From the NCBI GenBank assembly GCA_902593125.1, contig CACJGU010000003.1, forward strand, positions 46,905 to 110,904: a stretch of 64,000 nt of DNA, in the 5' to 3' direction. Below are positions 44,024 to 53,559 of the stretch, piece after piece. The notes beneath the pieces were generated by a model, which was not told the origin of the DNA, made no database searches, and worked only from the letters and a program-made list of their open reading frames with translations. Numbering within the stretch: position 1 is the stretch's first letter; each line of letters starts with the position of its first letter. The position numbers were made by a program, and so were the translations under genes. Origin of the DNA: an uncultured Alphaproteobacteria bacterium (GTDB lineage Bacteria; Pseudomonadota; Alphaproteobacteria; HIMB59; GCA-002718135).

Positions 44024-45175
44024 TTATAACTTTTCTTTATGAGTCCAAGGATAAAGAATTTTTTTATTTAGATATGGTTTAAGATAATTTAAAACACTTT
44101 CAGAGAGTTTTCTATAGGTAGTAAGTTTGCCTCCATATATATTTAATAAAGGTGCAAAAGAATTATTTATATTAAGATCAAAAATGTAATCTCTTGTTAC
44201 TTTTGATGCTTCTTTGTAATCCTCAATTAATGGTCTCACACCTGAATAGGTATCTAAAATATCATCATTTTTTATTTGTTTTTTAAAAAATTTATTAATA
44301 GTGTTAATTAAATATATTATTTCAGATTGCTCAATTTTTGGATTTTCAGGTGAATGTACCTCAATTTCAGTAGTGCCAATAAGTGAATATTCTTGTTTAA
44401 AAGGAATTACAAAAACTACCCTATTATCTTCATTTTGCAAAGTAAATGCATAGTTTTGATCATAAAGTTTTTTTGTAATTATATGACTTCCTTTTACCAA
44501 TCTTATTTCTTTTTTTGATTTTATTTTAATTATATCTTTTAAAACATTATTAATCCAAGGCCCTGTTGCATTTATTAATATTTTTGATTTTAAAATTTTT
44601 TGGTTACTTAATTTGATTATCCAATAATTTTTTTCTCTTTTTACCTCAATAATTTTTTGGTTTTCAATTATTAATGCTCCCTTTTTTTTAGCATCATTTA
44701 TATTTAATTCGACAAGTTTTTTATCATCTACTTGTAAATCATAATATTGAAAACCTTCTTTAAAATTACTTTTAAGAATATTTGGTATTATTTTTTGAAT
44801 ATTAATTTTTTTTGATTTTGGAAATGAAGATTTACCACCTAAACGATCATACAAAAATAAACCAATTTTAATAATCCATTTAGATCTTTGTGATGGTAGG
44901 TGGGGAATAATAAATGGCAATGGTCTGACTATATCTTGGGCAATAAATTTTATAATTTCTCTCTCCTTTAAAGATTCTCTAACTAATTTAAATTCAAAGT
45001 TTTCAAGATATCTTAATCCTCCATGAATTAGTTTTGTTGACCATGAAGAAGTAGCTGAGCCAATATTATTTTTTTCTATTAAACAAACTTTTATTTTTCT
45101 ACCAGCGGCATCTCTAGCTATACCTGCTCCATTTATACCTCCACCAATAATTATAATATCAAAAATACTATCCAT
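44024..45175 (-). CDS. glpD: FAD-dependent glycerol-3-phosphate dehydrogenase-like protein lacking the C-terminal domain
   Basis: 383 aa with DIIIIGGGINGAGIARDAAGR, KLIHGGLRYLE and GGKLTTYRKL. It ends about where the GlpD C-terminal helical domain would begin. Confidence 0.78.
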   Translation of the reverse strand: MDSIFDIIIIGGGINGAGIARDAAGRKIKVCLIEKNNIGSATSSWSTKLIHGGLRYLENFEFKLVRESLKEREIIKFIAQDIVRPLPFIIPHLPSQRSKWIIKIGLFLYDRLGGKSSFPKSKKINIQKIIPNILKSNFKEGFQYYDLQVDDKKLVELNINDAKKKGALIIENQKIIEVKREKNYWIIKLSNQKILKSKILINATGPWINNVLKDIIKIKSKKEIRLVKGSHIITKKLYDQNYAFTLQNEDNRVVFVIPFKQEYSLIGTTEIEVHSPENPKIEQSEIIYLINTINKFFKKQIKNDDILDTYSGVRPLIEDYKEASKVTRDYIFDLNINNSFAPLLNIYGGKLTTYRKLSESVLNYLKPYLNKKILYPWTHKEKL

Positions 45176-45186
45176 TAATTATTTCC

Positions 45187-45777
45187 CTAAATGTACTTGT
45201 TAATTTCTGAAGTTATTAATTCAGGGTTATTTAAATGTATAGTCTTAAAACCAAGTCTTTGAGCTGTATTAATATTTTCTATTTTATCATCAATAAATAC
45301 TGTTTCTTTTGGAATAAGATTAAAGCGAGAAATAGCGAGATTATAAATTTCTTTGTTAGGTTTAATCATTTTCTCATTTCCAGAAATTATTAAATCATCA
45401 AATAATTTTAAAAATGGAAAATCTTTCTCCATTCCTATGAATGTTTCCCATGACCAATTAGATAAAACATAACACTCATATTGTTTTAATTTTAGATTCT
45501 TTAGTATTTTAACTGATTCATCAAATATTCCGCGAAACATTTTACGATGATTTTTGTAATACATTATAATTTCTTGTTTAAAATTAGGATGCTTAATAAC
45601 TAGTTCATTTTCAGCATCTTTTATTAATCTACCTCTATCCTGCTCTATATTCCAAGCATCATTACATATATTTTTGAGAAAATATTCTCTTTCATGTTTA
45701 TTTTTAATTATTTCTTTATAAAAATGATTTGGGTCCCAATCAAAAAAGACACCTCCTAAGTCAAAAAGAAATTTCAT
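45187..45777 (-). CDS. HAD-superfamily hydrolase
   Basis: 196 aa with motif I FDLGGVFFDW and motif IV VFIDDKIENI. Confidence 0.72.
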   Translation of the reverse strand: MKFLFDLGGVFFDWDPNHFYKEIIKNKHEREYFLKNICNDAWNIEQDRGRLIKDAENELVIKHPNFKQEIIMYYKNHRKMFRGIFDESVKILKNLKLKQYECYVLSNWSWETFIGMEKDFPFLKLFDDLIISGNEKMIKPNKEIYNLAISRFNLIPKETVFIDDKIENINTAQRLGFKTIHLNNPELITSEINKYI

Positions 45778-45809
45778 GTATAAATATTTTGTTTATAAAT
45801 ATATTTTAA

Positions 45810-46670
45810 ATGAATGCATTAATAGACTATATTCAAAAAGAAATACATGTCACATATAATAAAAAATTTTCTAAGAAGTACATAAAAGATAAATTAATCC
45901 CTATAATAAATTATATTTGCTCTAGTAAATCAAAAAAATTTCTATTTGGAGGCTCTCAGGGTATTGGAAAATCGTCGTTTATAAATATTATCTCTAGAAC
46001 TATTGAAAAATTTTATGATAAGAAAATTCTTTTGCTTAGTTTAGATAATTATTATTTATCAAAAAAACAGCGTTTACTTTTATCCAAAAAAATACATAAG
46101 TTGTTGGTGACTAGGGGTGTTCCTGGAACACATAATATTAATGAATTGGTAAAAAATATAAATCAATTTAATCAAGAGAAATATCCAATCATAACCCCAC
46201 TATTTGATAAATTAATTGATGATAGAATTAAATTAAACAAAACAATTAAAACTAAATGTGATATTCTTTTCTTGGAAGGTTGGTGCTGTGGTAGCTCAGA
46301 AATTCCTAAAAAATTTCTTTATAAAAATATAAATAATTTAGAAAAAATTAATGATCCAAAAAATCAATGGAGAAATTTCTATAACAAGAAATTAAAAATT
46401 GAATATAAAAAATTATTTAAGCTATTTGATGAACTAATTTTTTTGAAAACCTCTTCTTTTGATAATGTTTATAAATGGCGATTAAAACAGGAAAAAACTA
46501 ATCAGTCAAAAAACAAAAAATTAAAAAGAATGTCAGCAAATGAAATTAAAGTTTTTGTTCAACATTATGAGAAGATAACCAAATGGATGATTAAGGATCT
46601 AAATAAAAAAGCTCAAATTGTTATTCAATTTGAAAAAAACCATAAAATATCTTCAATAAATTTTAATTAG
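45810..46670 (+). CDS. P-loop kinase (uridine kinase/PRK superfamily, D-glycerate 3-kinase-like)
   Basis: 286 aa with Walker A GGSQGIGKSSF. The LSLDNYY and TRGVPGTHN segments resemble GLYK/TDA10-type kinases. Confidence 0.6.
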   Translation: MNALIDYIQKEIHVTYNKKFSKKYIKDKLIPIINYICSSKSKKFLFGGSQGIGKSSFINIISRTIEKFYDKKILLLSLDNYYLSKKQRLLLSKKIHKLLVTRGVPGTHNINELVKNINQFNQEKYPIITPLFDKLIDDRIKLNKTIKTKCDILFLEGWCCGSSEIPKKFLYKNINNLEKINDPKNQWRNFYNKKLKIEYKKLFKLFDELIFLKTSSFDNVYKWRLKQEKTNQSKNKKLKRMSANEIKVFVQHYEKITKWMIKDLNKKAQIVIQFEKNHKISSINFN

Positions 46671-47125
46671 AAGAAAATCCATCTTTTTACAGACTCACAG
46701 TATCTTTCAAATTCTTCTCCAAATTTGTCTTTCAAATATTTTTCTTCTTCATATATTACAAAATTATTTAACCAAAAAAATAATCCTATAGAACAAATAA
46801 AATACATGGTGTTTTCAAAAGTTAGAAACATTCCAAAATGAAATAAAACAAAACATAGATAAATTGGATTTCTAGAATAAGCATAAATTCCAGTTTTTAT
46901 AATTTTATTTGTTTCAGTTTGTGGAAGTAATTTCTCTTCATGAGCATTAAATGCATTTCTTGAAGAAAAAAACAAAATAGGCATTAAAATAATAATTAAT
47001 ATTCCTATAAGGTTAAGAATATACAAAAGTGGATATTTAGGAAAAATAAATTCACCCAAAATATAGGAAGCTATCAAAAGATAGACTGAAATATAAAGTG
47101 GATTTCCTTTTACATTTGGTCCCAT
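46667..47125 (-). CDS. ICMT/PEMT-like membrane methyltransferase family protein
   Basis: 152 aa with 4 TM segments. The C-terminal motif is YSRNPIYLCFVLFHFG...EEKYLKDKFGEEFERY. Confidence 0.62.
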   Translation of the reverse strand: MGPNVKGNPLYISVYLLIASYILGEFIFPKYPLLYILNLIGILIIILMPILFFSSRNAFNAHEEKLLPQTETNKIIKTGIYAYSRNPIYLCFVLFHFGMFLTFENTMYFICSIGLFFWLNNFVIYEEEKYLKDKFGEEFERYCESVKRWIFF

Positions 47126-47785
47126 TTAAAACTCCTCTATTGCCTTACCTAGACTTTCAAAATCACTAAACACATTCAATGCACCATTGTCAAATAATTC
47201 ATGTTTATCTCTATTTAAATGCCAGTGTTTTCCTGCTGTTATTCCCAATACCTTTACTCCTGCAGCAGTAGCTGCCTTAACACCTACTCCACTATCTTCG
47301 ATAATTATTGTTTCTTCTTTATTAAGCAAATTATCTTCTAAAACTTTTAGGTATATATCTGGATCAGGTTTTGGTCTCTGAACCATATCAAATGAATATA
47401 CCTGGTTACTCAAAAAAAATTTATCGAAACCAACAAACCTTAATCCAGCTAAAATTCTATCTTTATTACTATTTGAACCAATGAAATGTTTTCTATCTGA
47501 TTTACTAATAAAATCTTTTACTCCATCGACTAGTTTCAGATCCTTAGAATAAATTCTGGAAACTATTTCAAATATTTCGTTTGTAAATTTTTCTTTATCT
47601 TCAATATTATATTTAGCTGATAATAAATCTATTACATCAACTGTTTTATTTCCAGCATATTTATAGAATTGCTCCTCTTTAATTGTATAATCAATTTTAC
47701 TAAAATATTTAGCAAATGCTTTAGAAGCTAAAACTTCACTATCAACTATTACTCCATCAAAATCAAAAATTATATTTTTAATCAT
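47126..47785 (-). CDS. HAD-superfamily phosphatase (beta-phosphoglucomutase-like subfamily IA)
   Basis: 219 aa with motif I IIFDFDGVIVDSE, RPKPDPDIY, and motif IV IIIEDSGVGVKAA. Confidence 0.82.
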   Translation of the reverse strand: MIKNIIFDFDGVIVDSEVLASKAFAKYFSKIDYTIKEEQFYKYAGNKTVDVIDLLSAKYNIEDKEKFTNEIFEIVSRIYSKDLKLVDGVKDFISKSDRKHFIGSNSNKDRILAGLRFVGFDKFFLSNQVYSFDMVQRPKPDPDIYLKVLEDNLLNKEETIIIEDSGVGVKAATAAGVKVLGITAGKHWHLNRDKHELFDNGALNVFSDFESLGKAIEEF

Positions 47786-47789
47786 TATT

Positions 47790-48890
47790 TTATATTTCTA
47801 TCTTTCTATATTCAGATTTATCTAGCCACTCAGGATTAATTTCAATACCCCAACCAGGGGCATCTTCAATTCTAACCATTCCATTGGATATTTTAAAAGG
47901 ATCACCTAAAAATAAATTTTGTTGCCAAGGATAATAATCTTTACCCTCTATTGAAAATTCAAGGTAAGGACCAGCATTACTTATTGCTTTTAAAAAATGC
48001 ATTGTGCAAATTGTTACTAAAGATAAATTAGCAGTATGTGGAGTGCATATAAAACCACCTTTTTCAATTATTTTAGCAACTTTTAAAGCTTTTGTTAATC
48101 CTCCTAGATACATAACATCTGGCTGAAAAATATTTACAATTTTTCTTTTAACCATATCTCTCCAAATTCTTAAATCGCAATCTTGTTCTCCTCCAGTTAC
48201 ATCTATCTTCAAACTATCAGTGACTTTTTTGGTTTCTTCTGGTTTCCAGTAAGGACAAGGCTCTTCAAAGTGAGTAACATTATTATCTTCTAAAAGTTTA
48301 CCAATTTCTATTGCTTGATCAGAATTATAACAACTATTTGCATCAACCATTTTAATTACACTTTTATCTAAAGATAAATTTATAGTTTTTACTATATCAG
48401 ACGTTCTTCCCTCCCATTCGTCAACTCCTCTACCACATTCAGAACCAACTCTAAATTTAAATGCATTAACGCCCTTTTCATTAAACAGTATATTAAATCT
48501 ATTTGCTTCATCATCAGGTTTAATATCTCTTTTCATTGATGAGCCATAAATTCTTAAATTACCAGGAGATCCTCCTATTAATGAAACTACAGGTTTACCT
48601 TCAATTTTTCCTTTCAAATCCCAAAGGGCAGTATCAAGTCCCGCTAATGCTCTTAAAAGATAGGAGCCAGGGAATTTGTGCTCTCTTTCAAAAACAAAGT
48701 CTGCCAAATCGTCAAAATCGTAGTAAGTTTTTCCCAAAATCCATGGTGCAACTTGTTTGTGAAAAATTTGATTTGTTATATCTGCGTGGTAAGTTGACAT
48801 TTGACCAAATCCAACTGATCCATCTTCAATGGTTACTTTAACAAAGCTAACATAAGATTTTGTAAAAGTTTCAAGTTTAATTATTTTCAT
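47790..48890 (-). CDS. enolase-superfamily enzyme (mandelate racemase/muconate-lactonizing subgroup, probable acid-sugar dehydratase)
   Basis: 366 aa with metal-ligand contexts MVDANSCY, HFEEPCP and TGGEQD. Confidence 0.83.
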   Translation of the reverse strand: MKIIKLETFTKSYVSFVKVTIEDGSVGFGQMSTYHADITNQIFHKQVAPWILGKTYYDFDDLADFVFEREHKFPGSYLLRALAGLDTALWDLKGKIEGKPVVSLIGGSPGNLRIYGSSMKRDIKPDDEANRFNILFNEKGVNAFKFRVGSECGRGVDEWEGRTSDIVKTINLSLDKSVIKMVDANSCYNSDQAIEIGKLLEDNNVTHFEEPCPYWKPEETKKVTDSLKIDVTGGEQDCDLRIWRDMVKRKIVNIFQPDVMYLGGLTKALKVAKIIEKGGFICTPHTANLSLVTICTMHFLKAISNAGPYLEFSIEGKDYYPWQQNLFLGDPFKISNGMVRIEDAPGWGIEINPEWLDKSEYRKIEI

Positions 48891-50508
48891 ATCTTGACTG
48901 TTTTTTTAAATCCTCTGTAATGATTTTACTACCTAAATTAGCAAGCATCATAACAGGCGCATTAATATTTCCAGAGGTAATATTTGGAAACACTGAAGCA
49001 TCTAAAACCCATAAGTTTTTTAACCCATGTACTTTAAATCTCTCAGAAACCACTCCTTTTGATTTATCTTTATCCATTCTGCAAGTTCCACATGGATGAT
49101 AAATAGAAACAGCATTTTCCTTAAAATGTTCAAACATCTCCTCTTCACTTCCATCTATTAGATTATTATTAATATTATCAACTCTTATATCTTTAATAGA
49201 GCTAGTTTTTGCTAATGTATTAGAAAAATTAATGGCACATTTTACATCATAAACATCCTCATCGTTACATAAGAAGTTTGGATTGATAACTGGTTTATCT
49301 TCTACATAAGGACTTGAAAGATTTACTTCACCTAAACTTTTAGGGCGGCATGAATTATATCCTATTATAAAGCCATCAAATTTGTCTGTTTTTAGAAGGG
49401 GTCTTTTATTTTTATGGGTAATAGAATAAGTTATTGGATTAAAATATATTTGCAAATTAGGATATTTATTGCGAGAATTCCAGTTTACGTATCCTCCTGA
49501 TTGATTCAAACTTAAACTAAACGACCCCTTTCTATAAAAAAGATACTTGTATATTTCCTTTATTCTTCCTGACCATGTTCCCAAAGAACTGTTTAATGTG
49601 GGATGAAAAGTTTTAAATAAATAATCTATACCCAAGTGATCTTGAAAATTTTTACCAACATTAACATTATTAATAATTATTTCCTTATTCATTTTTTTTA
49701 AATCTTCGGCATTACCAACACCAGAGTGCATAAGGATAAATGGTGTCATTATTGCACCAGCACATAATATTGTTGCTAAATTAGGTTTTATTATAATTTT
49801 CTTTTTCTTATTAATAATTTCTATAGCTTCAACTTTATTTTCCTTAATTATCAGTTTATTAACAAATGTTTTTGTCATTAATATTAATCTTTTATTTTTT
49901 AAAATTGGTTTTAAGAAAGCTTTAGAAGATGAATATCTTCTACCTTTAAAAGTAGTAATATTATAATGTCCTATTTGATCACTTAATTCAGTATTTAAAT
50001 TTTTATTGAATTTAATACCCATTTCATCACAGCCTCTAAAAAAATATTTTAGAATTGAATGATGTTGATTACTAACATCATTAACAGGCATTTTGTTCAA
50101 ACTTAATGATGAATAACTTGAATCTACCGGTTGTTCAATTTCTTTAAAACTATTAATTATTTTATCTAATGATAATTCAGAGCTCATATGCCAATTTTCA
50201 TAATCTGTTTTCACTCCTCTTGAATAAACCATGCCATTAATTGAACTAGATCCCCCCAAAACTTTACCCCTAGGATAATAAATTTCCCTATTGTTAAGTT
50301 GATTTTGTTTTTCAGAATAGAAATTCCAATTTATTTTTTTATTATAAAACGTCATTCCATAACCCAAAGGAACGTGCACAACAGGACTACTGTCTTTAGG
50401 TCCAGCTTCAATCAAAAGAATTTTATAATTGGTATTATTTATTAATTTATTAGCTAAAATACACCCGGCTGATCCAGCACCTATAATTACTATATCTATA
50501 TTATCCAA
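48877..50508 (-). CDS. GMC-family FAD oxidoreductase (choline/sugar dehydrogenase-like)
   Basis: 543 aa with DIVIIGAGSAGCILANKL and GGSSSINGMVY, plus the C-terminal catalytic-His region HPCGTCRM. The gene's 3' end overlaps the start of the downstream enolase-superfamily gene by 14 nt. Confidence 0.87.
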   Translation of the reverse strand: MDNIDIVIIGAGSAGCILANKLINNTNYKILLIEAGPKDSSPVVHVPLGYGMTFYNKKINWNFYSEKQNQLNNREIYYPRGKVLGGSSSINGMVYSRGVKTDYENWHMSSELSLDKIINSFKEIEQPVDSSYSSLSLNKMPVNDVSNQHHSILKYFFRGCDEMGIKFNKNLNTELSDQIGHYNITTFKGRRYSSSKAFLKPILKNKRLILMTKTFVNKLIIKENKVEAIEIINKKKKIIIKPNLATILCAGAIMTPFILMHSGVGNAEDLKKMNKEIIINNVNVGKNFQDHLGIDYLFKTFHPTLNSSLGTWSGRIKEIYKYLFYRKGSFSLSLNQSGGYVNWNSRNKYPNLQIYFNPITYSITHKNKRPLLKTDKFDGFIIGYNSCRPKSLGEVNLSSPYVEDKPVINPNFLCNDEDVYDVKCAINFSNTLAKTSSIKDIRVDNINNNLIDGSEEEMFEHFKENAVSIYHPCGTCRMDKDKSKGVVSERFKVHGLKNLWVLDASVFPNITSGNINAPVMMLANLGSKIITEDLKKQSRYENN

Positions 50509-50512
50509 ATTA

Positions 50513-51544
50513 TTAGAATGTTTGAGTTATTTTTCTTAAATATCTTGGTTTATCTGGATTTAAATTTTTACTAAAGGAATAATTGATTATCCACGGATAA
50601 AATTTTGTCATAATATATATTGAGTCTAGAATATTAAATATTTTATTAGACTTAAAATAAAAACTTTTATCGTTGTAATTTTTTTTACTTGAAATTAAGT
50701 AGTATAAATTTGTATATTTGATTATTTCTTTAGCATTATTACTAACTATTTGACCAGATTTGTCATTAGTTTGCAGTACAAACAATTTAAACTTTTTTTC
50801 AATAAGTATTTTTGGGCCATGTAAAACCTCTGCACTACTAAATGGCTCTATTAATTCATAACATAATTCTTTGAATTTTAGAGAAATTTCATTTGCTAAA
50901 GCAAGCCCTACACCTCTACTAATAATAAATCCATGATTAACTTTTTTGTTAATTTTATTTTGACTCCATTGATTAATTTTATCTTTTATCAAAAATTCAC
51001 TTAGCTTTAATATTTCATCATTAATATTTTTTTGATTAATTGAATAAAATATTAATTTTATTATTATAGTAATAGTCATTGTAAATGATTTTGTTGCAGC
51101 AATACTTTTTTCCTGACCTGCATAAATATCAAGAAAGAAGTCAGAGTTTTTTAACATTGGGCTATTTTGATTGTTACAAAGAATAATTGTTTTTGCTCCC
51201 ATTTTTCTTACCTGTTTTTCGCACTCAATTAAGTCCTTACCCATTCCAGATTGAGAGATTACTAGTACTAAAGCATGAGAGAAATTAAATTTTGATTTTT
51301 CAATTGTGATGAGTGAAGGAGGCAGTGAATATGTAGGCAATTTACAATATTTAGCAAATAAATAGGATGAAAATAATGCAGCACAATCAGAAGTACCTCT
51401 AGCTATAGTAACAATATATTTAATTTTTTTACTATTTATTAATTTTGCAATAGATTTATAATCGTTTTTATCATTAATAAAAAGATCATTTAATATATAT
51501 GGTATGTCTAGAGCTTCTTTAAGAACTAATGAATTTTTTTTCAA
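50513..51544 (-). CDS. double-SIS-domain amino-sugar-6-phosphate deaminase/isomerase (NagB-II/AgaS/GlmS-C-like)
   Basis: 343 aa with SIS motifs TIARGTSDCAA and VLVISQSGMGKD. It overlaps the nagA 3' end by 26 nt. Confidence 0.78.
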   Translation of the reverse strand: MKKNSLVLKEALDIPYILNDLFINDKNDYKSIAKLINSKKIKYIVTIARGTSDCAALFSSYLFAKYCKLPTYSLPPSLITIEKSKFNFSHALVLVISQSGMGKDLIECEKQVRKMGAKTIILCNNQNSPMLKNSDFFLDIYAGQEKSIAATKSFTMTITIIIKLIFYSINQKNINDEILKLSEFLIKDKINQWSQNKINKKVNHGFIISRGVGLALANEISLKFKELCYELIEPFSSAEVLHGPKILIEKKFKLFVLQTNDKSGQIVSNNAKEIIKYTNLYYLISSKKNYNDKSFYFKSNKIFNILDSIYIMTKFYPWIINYSFSKNLNPDKPRYLRKITQTF

Positions 51545-52610
51545 CTTCTTCTCCTTTTAAATATACATGTTTTATTTTATATTTTTTATCAAGAACAATA
51601 AAATTTGAAAGATAATTCTCTTTTATTTCACCAACATTACTTAGATTTAAAAAATCAGCAGCATTTGAACTTGTCATTGCTATAACTTTATTTAATTTAT
51701 AGCCTAAATTGATTAAATTAATAAATATATCATACATCGTAACAACACTACCTGCTAATGTATTATTATTTTTTAATTTTATAATATTCCCTTTTTTAAC
51801 TATATCATTATTGAATAATTTATATTCTCCATCCTTTAAACCATTAACACTAACTGAGTCTGTTACTGCATAAAGTTTTTTAATTGATTTTTGCGCTATT
51901 TTAATTGCTTCTGGGCTAACATGGAGTTTATCACAAATAATTTCAGCAAAATTCCCATATGCTAAGGCGGCAGATAATACACCAGGATTTCTATGATCAT
52001 TACCTGACATTGCATTGTATAAATGCGTAAAGCTAACATTATATTTATCCATATATTTTTTACAACATTCAGCTGAAGCTAATGAATGACCAAACTGAAT
52101 TGATATTTTTTTTGAATTTATATATTCTATAAAGGACTCCATACCATCAAGTTCAGGTGCTAAAGTTATAGTTTTGACATCAGCAATATTTAATATTTCA
52201 TCCATAAATTTAATTGATGGCTCTTTAGACAAATCAGGTTGCGCGCCTAATTTATTTGGATTTATAAAAGGACCTTCTAAATGAATACCAAAAATATTTC
52301 CCGCCCTATTACTATCTTTTATATTTTCAAGTGCACTCATTGTGTGCTCCAACGTGCTAGTCCAAGTTGAGGGTAATATCGAAGTTGTTCCATGCTCTAA
52401 ATGAAAAAGAGACATTTTATTAATTGCATCATATCCTTGCATAGTATCAGCACCCACAGCTCCATGGCAGTGTGGATCAATAAACCCTGGTATTATTAAA
52501 TCTTCATTATTTTCTTGTTCTTTAGTAATTTTGTTAATTTTATTTGTAAAAGATATAGAGCCAAAGAAAGATTCTTTATTGTTAACTATTTTACCATAAA
52601 TTTTTTTCAT
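51519..52610 (-). CDS. nagA: N-acetylglucosamine-6-phosphate deacetylase
   Basis: 363 aa with PGFIDPHCHGAVG, HLEGPFINP, and the HLYNAMS region. Confidence 0.87.
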   Translation of the reverse strand: MKKIYGKIVNNKESFFGSISFTNKINKITKEQENNEDLIIPGFIDPHCHGAVGADTMQGYDAINKMSLFHLEHGTTSILPSTWTSTLEHTMSALENIKDSNRAGNIFGIHLEGPFINPNKLGAQPDLSKEPSIKFMDEILNIADVKTITLAPELDGMESFIEYINSKKISIQFGHSLASAECCKKYMDKYNVSFTHLYNAMSGNDHRNPGVLSAALAYGNFAEIICDKLHVSPEAIKIAQKSIKKLYAVTDSVSVNGLKDGEYKLFNNDIVKKGNIIKLKNNNTLAGSVVTMYDIFINLINLGYKLNKVIAMTSSNAADFLNLSNVGEIKENYLSNFIVLDKKYKIKHVYLKGEEVEKKFISS

Positions 52611-52614
52611 TTAA

Positions 52615-53538
52615 TTACTTCAAAATTCTTTTATCATTATATAAATTTTCTACAAATTCTTTTTTCTGTGTCATTAAATATGCACCATCTACAGGATTTG
52701 ATTTATTTATATGTACAAACTTTTTAAATTTATTTGGCGTATATTTAAAATAAAAATTAGATAATCCTCCTGATAAATAAATTTTATTTTTTTTTTTAAT
52801 ATTTATTAAGTGATGTAATATGTTTTCATATTCTAAGATTATTTCTTTAAATATTTTTTTTGATAATTCAGATTGATTTAAATATTTTAAAAAAATTTTA
52901 AAAATAGATGCAATTTTTTCTATATCATTTCTCATTAATTTTTTCATAATAGTTAAGTCATTATTACCAAAATTAATGATCAAATCTTTATATATAGGAT
53001 CATTCTTTTCTAAGTTATCTATATTTTTTAAGAAATAAGTTATAATTTTTTTTCCAATCCAATATCCACTGCATTGATCTCCAAACATATGCCCCCAACC
53101 ACCAATTTGATATTGGGTATTTTTGTTTATGAAGAAATGTATGACTGATCCAGTACCAATATTAAAAGAAGCAATGTCTTTATAATTTTTAATTTCAATA
53201 TTTTGTAAAATTGACAAGAGAGATATATGGCCATCAGTTGATATAAAAATTTTTTTATAATTTTTTAGTCTTTTTCTAATAATATTTTTTTTTGATATAT
53301 TTCTTCCCCCTGCTAATCCTAAGCTGATAACAATATTTTTTTTTCTTATATTTTTTAGTATTTTTGATTTTTTTAAATGATAATCTATACAGTCTAAAGA
53401 TAAATTAAAATTATTTTCAATATTACATAAACCTCCCACATTTTTTTCTATCTTATTTCCATTTGTATCAAAAACTGCAGATGTTGATTTTGAAGCACCT
53501 CCATCTAAACAAAAGATATAATGATTTTTTTTAATCAT
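52615..53538 (-). CDS. BadF/BadG/BcrA/BcrD-type ATPase, N-acetylglucosamine kinase-like
   Basis: 307 aa with N-terminal phosphate-1 motif FCLDGGASKST and GTGSV. The protein is extremely K/N/I-rich. Confidence 0.72.
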   Translation of the reverse strand: MIKKNHYIFCLDGGASKSTSAVFDTNGNKIEKNVGGLCNIENNFNLSLDCIDYHLKKSKILKNIRKKNIVISLGLAGGRNISKKNIIRKRLKNYKKIFISTDGHISLLSILQNIEIKNYKDIASFNIGTGSVIHFFINKNTQYQIGGWGHMFGDQCSGYWIGKKIITYFLKNIDNLEKNDPIYKDLIINFGNNDLTIMKKLMRNDIEKIASIFKIFLKYLNQSELSKKIFKEIILEYENILHHLINIKKKNKIYLSGGLSNFYFKYTPNKFKKFVHINKSNPVDGAYLMTQKKEFVENLYNDKRILK

Positions 53539-53559
53539 AATTTAGTATAATCAATAATA

